From NCBI RefSeq assembly GCF_037042905.1, contig NC_087250.1, forward strand, positions 18,726,001 to 18,790,000: DNA of 64,000 nucleotides. Reading direction: 5' to 3'. Below the pieces are notes generated by a model, which made no database searches, was not told where the DNA came from, and worked only from the letters and a program-made list of their open reading frames with translations. This document shows positions 56,572 through 64,000 of this stretch, one piece after another (position 1 is the first letter of the stretch; the number at the start of each line of letters is the position of its first letter). The position numbers and the translations under genes were made by a program. This stretch comes from Lytechinus pictus (lineage: Eukaryota).

Positions 56572-59500
56572 ATTAGGTGGTCTGTCAACGACAGATCACC
56601 TATTAATTTCGCCAGAATTTTCTTTCTTTATTTATTCTTCTTTATTTCTTTATTAGGTGGTCTGTCAACGACAGATCACCTATTGATTTCGCCAGAATTT
56701 TCTTTCTTTATTTATTTTTATTCTTTATTTATTTTTATTTCTTCCGTACACTTTTTTGTACACACGTTCATTCGAAATTGACATGATCAATTTCCTTCAA
56801 ATTTCTGTCAGTCATCAAGCCCTATGATTTCTAGTAAAATCAACTTTTTCAAGGTCATTAGGTCATCGTGACGTCATCCAGGCGCCATTTTGTAAAAATC
56901 AGGTCATTATCATATCTCGATAACGAGTCATCAAAAATCAACTATAATTGGTATACATCAACTTCAGGTCAACGGTCAACTAAAAATTTCATCAAATTCC
57001 GCGCGCGCACCTCGACGCGCACGTACGCGCGCATTAAAATTTTAAAATGCTCAAATTCGTTCCAAATTAATTTTCCATACGTTTCAGGCCATTTTAAGCA
57101 TTTTGCAAAAAAACGCGCGCACGCACATGCGCGCGCGTTTTCGCGCGTAATTGCATCTTCCAACATAGAATCGCCAAATTTTTTTTATATCAATGCACCG
57201 ATAATATAATTCTGAACAATTTGATACCTTGATCAACCTTTTACGACAAGTAATAACGAAATTATCACCCGTTAAACTTTGCAGCACGTGTGCGCGCGAG
57301 CTCTCACTACAGGCCATATATGGGCAAAAACATGTCTATTGAAAATTCACTGTAGCTCTTTAAATAGTCCGCTGACCCCAATTTTTTTTTCATATATCGA
57401 TAGAGTATGAGTTGTAAATTTGATTTCATGTCACCATTGTCCCTCAATTTGATCATGACGTCATCAAAATTGCGCCTAAACTGAAAATTTTATTTTTTCA
57501 AAAATGACGTCATCAAATTTATGCAAATTTGATCATTACTCCGTGAATATTGATCATTATTCGCCCAGATTTCGATGTGTTGTAGTTTAGAATGTACTCT
57601 TTCTCGTCAGTTTCCATGAATTTTCATTTTGAAAACTGCATCACGGTGTAAAATTGCGATGAAAAGAGGCATGTCATTTTTCCTCATTTTACGTGTAATC
57701 TCTATGGGACATGACTTTTTCTCAAAACTAGATTCTACATTCCTCTATTTCGTGAGCTATATCTCCATTTTTTCTTGTCAGTTGTCCCTGAGCTTTTGGT
57801 ATGATGTAGCTGAGATTCTAAGCTTTCGGGAGTGTGCCCTCCATTTTTCGATCAGATGCCAGGATCATGCTCGTTTTTCGCTTGCAAAATTGGATTTGTA
57901 ATTCTCAAATTTGCTTACGTGTAATCTCTATGGGGAATATCGTGGCTCAATGGATAACGCACTTGACTTGAGTTCTCGGGGGCGCAGGTTCGAGTCCTGG
58001 GGGTGAACAAGGTGATTTTTTTTTTTCTTTTCTTTTTACCACCTCGTACATGATCCTTTATGATAATTAAAAGGTATGAAAGTTAAAATTTAGCAAGATT
58101 AAACAGATTATAATTACTTTTTTCATATCACATGTATTTTCATATATCAAAGAGACCCTTTTCACAGTGCTTTATCATCTCCCGTCTTTCACAAGTATTC
58201 CATCCATAATGAACATTCCGTTGTCATCATGAAGATCATATTGATCTGCTTGAACATGGTAATAGTGATCATGATGGCGAGAATAAGGACAGACCACCTA
58301 ATTCGTCCGCATGACGAATTAAAATCTAGTTTATTCTTTATTTCTTTATTAGGTGGTCTGTCAACGACAGATCACCTCTTGATTTCGCTAGAATTTTCTT
58401 TCTTTATTTATTATTCTTTATTTATTCTTTATTTATTTTTATTTCTTCCGTACACTTTTTTGTACACACGTTCACTCGAAATCGACATGGTCAATTTCCT
58501 TGAAATTTCTGTCAGTCATCAAGCCCTATGATTTCAAGTAAAATCAACTTTTTCAAGGTCATCAGGACATGATGACGTCATCCAGGCGCCATTTTGTAAA
58601 ATCACATTGTCGATCATATCTCCATTATCAATTATCAAAAATCAATCAAATTAACATCACATCAACTTCAGGTAAAGAATCAACAGGTCATGTCATCAAA
58701 GGTCACCTGGAGGTCACGACGCGCGCGTACGCGCTCGTCAAATTTTTAAAATGCTCAAAATCACTTTTTGACCAAAGTAAAGTACGTTTCAGGTCATTTT
58801 AAGCATTTCAAAAATTTGCGCACGCACAGGTATGCGCGCGCGTTTCCGCGCGTAACGCCTTCAACGCAACACAGAAATGCCGTTTTTTTTATATCATTGC
58901 ATTGATAATATAATTCTGAGCAATTTGATACCTTGATCAACCTTCTACGACCATTAATAACGAAATTAACACCCGTTAAAGTTTGCAGCACGTGTGCGCG
59001 CGAGCTCTTACTATAGGCCATATATGGGCAAAAACATGCCTATTAAAAATTCACTGTAGTTTCTTAAATAGTCCGTTGACCCTCAATTTTTTTTCATATA
59101 TCGATAGAGTATGAGTTGTAGATTTGATTTCATGTCACCATTGTCCCACAATTCGATCATGACGTCATCAAAATTGCGCCTAAACTGAAAATTTCATTTT
59201 TTCAAAAACGACGTCATCAAATTTATGCAAATTTGATCATAACTCCGTGAATATTGATCATTTTTCGCCCAGATTTCGATATGTTGTAGTTTAGAATGTA
59301 CTCTTTCTCGTCAGTTAGCATGAATTTTCATTTTGAAAAACGCATCATGGTGTAAAATTGCGATGAAAAGAGGCATGTCATTTTTCCTCATTTTACGTGT
59401 AATCTCTATGGGACATGACTTTTTCTCAAAACTAGATTCTACATTCCTCTATATCGTGAGCTATATCTCAATGTTTTCTTGCTAGTTATCCCTGAGCTTT

Positions 59501-62500
59501 TGGTATGATGTAGCTGATATTCTAAGCTTTCGGAAGTGTGCCCTCCATTTTTCGATCAGATGCCAGGATCATGCCCGTTTTTCGCTTGCAAAATTGGATT
59601 TGTAATTCTCAAATTTGCTCACGTGTAATCTCTATGGGAACGTGTAAATCTCTATGGGGAATATCGTGGCTCAATGGATAACGCACTTGACTTGAGTTCT
59701 CGGGGGCGCAGGTTCGAGTCCTTGGGGTGAACAAGATGATTTTTTTTTCATTTTTTTTTCTTTTTACCACCTCGTACATGATCCTTTATGATAATTAAAA
59801 GGTATGAAAGTTAGAATTTAGCAAGATTAAACAGATTATAATTACTTTTTTCATATCACATGTATTTTCATATATCAAAGAGACCCTTTTCACAGTGCTT
59901 TATCATCTCCCGTCTTTCACAAGTATTCCATCCATAATGAACATTCCGTTGTCATCATGAAGATCATATTGATCTGCTTGAACATGGTAATAGTGATCAT
60001 GATGGCGAGAATAAGGACAGACCACCTAATTCGTCCGCATGACGAATTAAAATCTAGTTTATTTTTATTTCTTCCGTACACTTTTTTGTACACACGTTCA
60101 CTCGAAATCGACAAAGTCAATTTCCTTCAAATTTCTGTCAGTCATCAAGCCTTATAATTTCTAGTAAAATCAACTTTTTCAAGGTCATCAGGTCATGATG
60201 ACGTCATCCAGGCGCCATTTTGTAAAATCACATTGTCGATCATATCTCCATTATCAATTATCAAAAATCAATCAAATTAACATCACATCAACTTCAGGTC
60301 AAGGGTCAACAAGTCATGTCATCAAAGGTCACCTGGAGGTCACGACGCGCACGTACGCGCTCGTCAAATTTTTAAAATGCTCAAAATCACTTTTTGACCG
60401 AAGTAAAGTACGTTTCAGGTCATTTAAAGCATTTCAAAAATTTGCGCGCGCACACGTATGCGCGCGCGTTTCCGCGCGTAACGCCTTCAACGCAACGCAA
60501 AAACGCCGTTTTTTTTATATCATTGCATTGATAATATAATTCTGAGCAATTTGATACCTTGATCAACCTTCTAAGACCATTAATAACGAAATTAACACCC
60601 GTTAAAGTTTGCAGCACGTGTGCGCGCGAGCTCTTACTATAGGCCATATATGGGCAAAAACATGCCTATTAAAAATTCACTGTAGCTCTTTAAATAGTCC
60701 GTTGACCCCCAATTTTTTTTCATATATCGATAGAGTATGAGTTGTAGATTAGATTTCATGTCACCATTGTCCCTCAATTTGATCATGACGTCATCAAAAT
60801 TGCGCCTAAATTGAAAATTTCATTTTTCAAAAATGACGTCATCAAATTTATGCAAATTTGATCATAACTCCGTGAATATTGATCATCTTTTGCCCAGATT
60901 TCGATATATAGTGGTTTAGAATGTACTCTTTCTCGTCAGTTAACATGAATTTTCATTTTGAAAAACGCATCATGGTGTAAAATTGCGATGAAAAGAGGCA
61001 TGTCATTTTTCCTCATTTTACGTGTAATCTCTATGGGACATGACTTTTTCTCAAAACTAGATTCTACATTCCTCTATTTCGTGAGCTATATCTCCATTTT
61101 TTCTTGTTAGTTATCCCTGAGCTTTTGGTATGTTGTAGCTGAGATTCTAAGCTTTCGGAAGTGTGCCCTCCATTTTTCGATCAGTTGCCAGGATCATGCC
61201 CGTTTATCGCTTGCAAAATTGGATTTGTAATTCTCAAATTTGCTTACGTGTAATCTCTATGGTAACGTGTAAGCTCTATGGGGAATATCGTGGCTCAATG
61301 GATAACGCACTTGACTTGAGTTCTCGGGGGCGCAGGTTCGAGTCCTGATGGTGAACAAGGTGATTTTTTTTTCATTTTTTTTTTCTTTTTACCACCTCGT
61401 ACATGATCCTTTATGGTATTTAAAAGGTATGAAAGTTAAAATTAAGCAAGATTAAACAGATTGTAATTACTATTTTCATATCACATTTATTTTCATATAT
61501 CAAAGAGACCCTTTTCACAGTTTTTTATCATCTCCCGACTTTCACAAGTATTCCATCCATAATGAACATTCCGTTGTCATCATGAAGATCATATTGATCT
61601 GCTTGAACATGGTAATAGTGATCATGTTGGCGAGAATAATGACAGACCACCTAATTCGTCCGCATGACGAATTAAAATCTAGTTTATTAGGTGGTCTGTC
61701 AACGACAGATCACCTCTTGATTTCGCTAGAATTTTCTTTCTTTATTTATTATTCTTTATTTATTCTTTATTTATTTTTATTTCTTCCGTACACTTTTTTG
61801 TACACACGTTCACTCGAAACCGATATGGTCAATTTCCTTGAAATTTCTGTCAGTCATCAAGCCCTATGATTTCAAGTAAAATCAACTTTTTCAAGGTCAT
61901 CAGGACATGATGACGTCATCCAGGCGCCATTTTGTAAAATCACATTGTCGATCATATCTCCATTATCAATTATCAAAAATCTATCAAATTAACATCACAT
62001 CAACTTCAGGTAAAGGGTCAACAGGTCATGTCATCAAAGGTCACCTGGAGGTCACGACGCGCGCGTACGCGCTCGTCAAATTTTTAAAATGCTCAAAATC
62101 ACTTTTTGACCGGAGTAAAGTACGTTTCAGGTCATTTTAAGCATTTCAAAAATTTGCGCACGCACAGGTATGCGCGCGCGTTTCCGCGCGTAACGCCTTC
62201 AACGCAACACAGAAACGCCGTTTTTTTTATATCATTGCATTGATAATATAATTCTGAGCAATTTGATACCTTGATCAACCTTCTACGACCATTAATAACG
62301 AAATTAACACCCGTTAAAGTTTGCAGCATGTGTGCGCGCGAGCTCTTACTATAGGCCATATATGGGCAAAAACATGCCTATTAAAAATTCACTGTAGTTT
62401 TTTAAATAGTCCGTTGACCCTCAATTTTTTTTCATATATCGATAGAGTATGAGTAGTAGATTTGATTTCATGTCACCATTGTCCCACAATTCGATCATGA

Positions 62501-64000
62501 CGTCATCAAAATTGCGCCTAAACTGAAAATTTCATTTTTTCAAAAACGACGTCATCAAATTTATGCAAATTTGATCATAACTCCGTGAATATTGATCATT
62601 TTTCGCCCAGATTTCGATATGTTGTAGTTTAGAATGTCCTCTTTCTCGTCAGTAACCATGAATTTTCATTTTGAAAAACGCATCATGGTGTAAAATTGCG
62701 ATGAAAAGAGGCATGTCATTTTTCCTCATTTTACGTGTAATCTCTATGGGACATGACTTTTTCTCAAAACTAGATTCTACATTCCTCTATATCGTGAGCT
62801 ATATCTCAATGTTTTCTTGCTAGTTATCCCTGAGCTTTTGGTATGATGTAGCTGAGATTCTAAGCTTTCGGAAGTGTGCCCTCCATTTTTCGATCAGATG
62901 CCAGGATCATGCCCGTTTTTCGCTTGCAAAATTGGATTTGTAATTCTCAAATTTGCTCACGTGTAATCTCTATGGGAACGTGTAAATCTCTATGGGGAAT
63001 ATCGTGGCTCAATGGATAACGCACTTGACTTGAGTTCTCGGGGGCGCAGGTTCGAGTCCTGGGGGTGAACAAGATGATTTTTTTTTTCATTTTTTTTTCT
63101 TTTTACCACCTCGTACATGATCCTTTATGATAATTAAAAGGTATGAAAGTTAGAATTTAGCAAGATTAAACAGATTATAATTACTTTTTTCATATCACAT
63201 GTATTTTCATATATCAAAGAGACCCTTTTCACAGTGCTTTATCATCTCCCGTCTTTCACAAGTATTCCATCCATAATGAACATTCCGTTGTCATCATGAA
63301 GATCATATAGATCTGCTTGAACATGGTAATAGTGATCATGATGGCGAGAATAAGGACAGACCACCTAATTCGTCCGCATGACGAATTAAAATCTAGTTTA
63401 TTTTTATTTCTTCCGTACACTTTTTTGTACACACGTTCATTCGAAATTGACATGATCAATTTCCTTCAAATTTCTGTCAGTCATCAAGCCATATGATTTC
63501 TAGTAAAATTAACTTTTTCAAGGTTATTAGGTCATCGTGACGTCATCCAGGCGCCATTTTGTAAAAATCAGGTCATTATCATATCTCGATAACGAGTCAT
63601 CAAAAATCAACTATATTTGGTATACATCAACTTCAGGTCAACGATCAACTAAAAATGTCATCAAATTCCGCGCGCGCACCTCGACGCGCACGTACGCGCG
63701 CATTAAAATTTTTAAATGCTCAAATTCGTTTCAAATTAATTTTCCATACGTTTCAGGCCATTTCAAGCATTTTGCAAAAAAACGCGCGCAAGCACATGCG
63801 CGCGCGTTTTCGCGCGTAATTGCATCTTTCAACATAGAATCGCCAATTTTTTTTATATCAATGCACCGATAATATAATTCTGAACAATTTGATACCTTGA
63901 TCAACCTTCTACGACAAGTAATAACGAAATTATCACCCGTTATACTTTGCAGCATGTGTGCGCGCGAGCTCTCACTACAGGCCACATATGGGCAAAAACA
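56572..64000 (+). mobile_element. Array of ~1.7-kb non-autonomous Helentron-like (HINE/DINE-1-like) elements
   Basis: Orphan head 56572-56651; units 56652-58330, 58348-60058, 60059-61683, 61686-63397 and 63398 to the window end. Heads have the hairpin ATTAGGTGGTCTGTC-AAC-GACAGATCACCT and a (TTAT)-type microsatellite. Tails have the inverted copy GACAGACCACCTAAT, stem-loop AATTCGTC-CGCAT-GACGAATT and terminal CTAGT. Confidence 0.75.
57936..58007 (+). pseudogene. tRNA-like (Arg-type) Pol III cassette inside the array unit; copies at about 59660-59731, 61284-61355 and 62998-63069
   Basis: A box TGGCTCAATGG, B box GGTTCGAGTCC, downstream T run; acceptor and anticodon stems do not pair. Confidence 0.65.

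Noticed and set aside
56868..63985. Recurring short ORFs in the 1.7-kb array, and a CRISPR-like or rDNA interpretation of the array
   Set aside because: The ORFs vary in length between units and have no domain motifs. There are no unique spacers and no rRNA similarity.

Overview
Eukaryotic, AT-rich, intron- and repeat-rich DNA. It is probably a sea urchin or related echinoderm; this is inferred from the repeat types and gene architecture. One multi-exon minus-strand gene dominates the window. I traced 21 consecutive in-frame GT-AG exons by hand, from an ATG at 51817 down to 18447. They encode a signal peptide, 3 C-type lectin domains, a Tie-like ectodomain (Ig, Ig, 5 EGF/laminin-EGF including CLPDPYGC, Ig), one FN3 with two furin sites, a TM helix and a juxtamembrane segment. 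A 22nd exon starts at 17833 and loses receptor-PTP similarity near 17710. Five intact exons of a D2-type (pseudo)phosphatase domain lie at 9-5579 and continue off the left edge. I found no catalytic D1 exons in the 12 kb between. The introns carry an intact DD34E Tc1 transposon and a tandem/inverted 409-bp repeat containing a fully paired tRNA cloverleaf with a UCA (opal-reading) anticodon. They also hold a dead duplicated EGF exon, many MITEs, SINEs and LINE fragments. The right end (56.6-64 kb) is an array of ~1.7-kb Helentron-like non-autonomous elements, each with a tRNA-like Pol III cassette.
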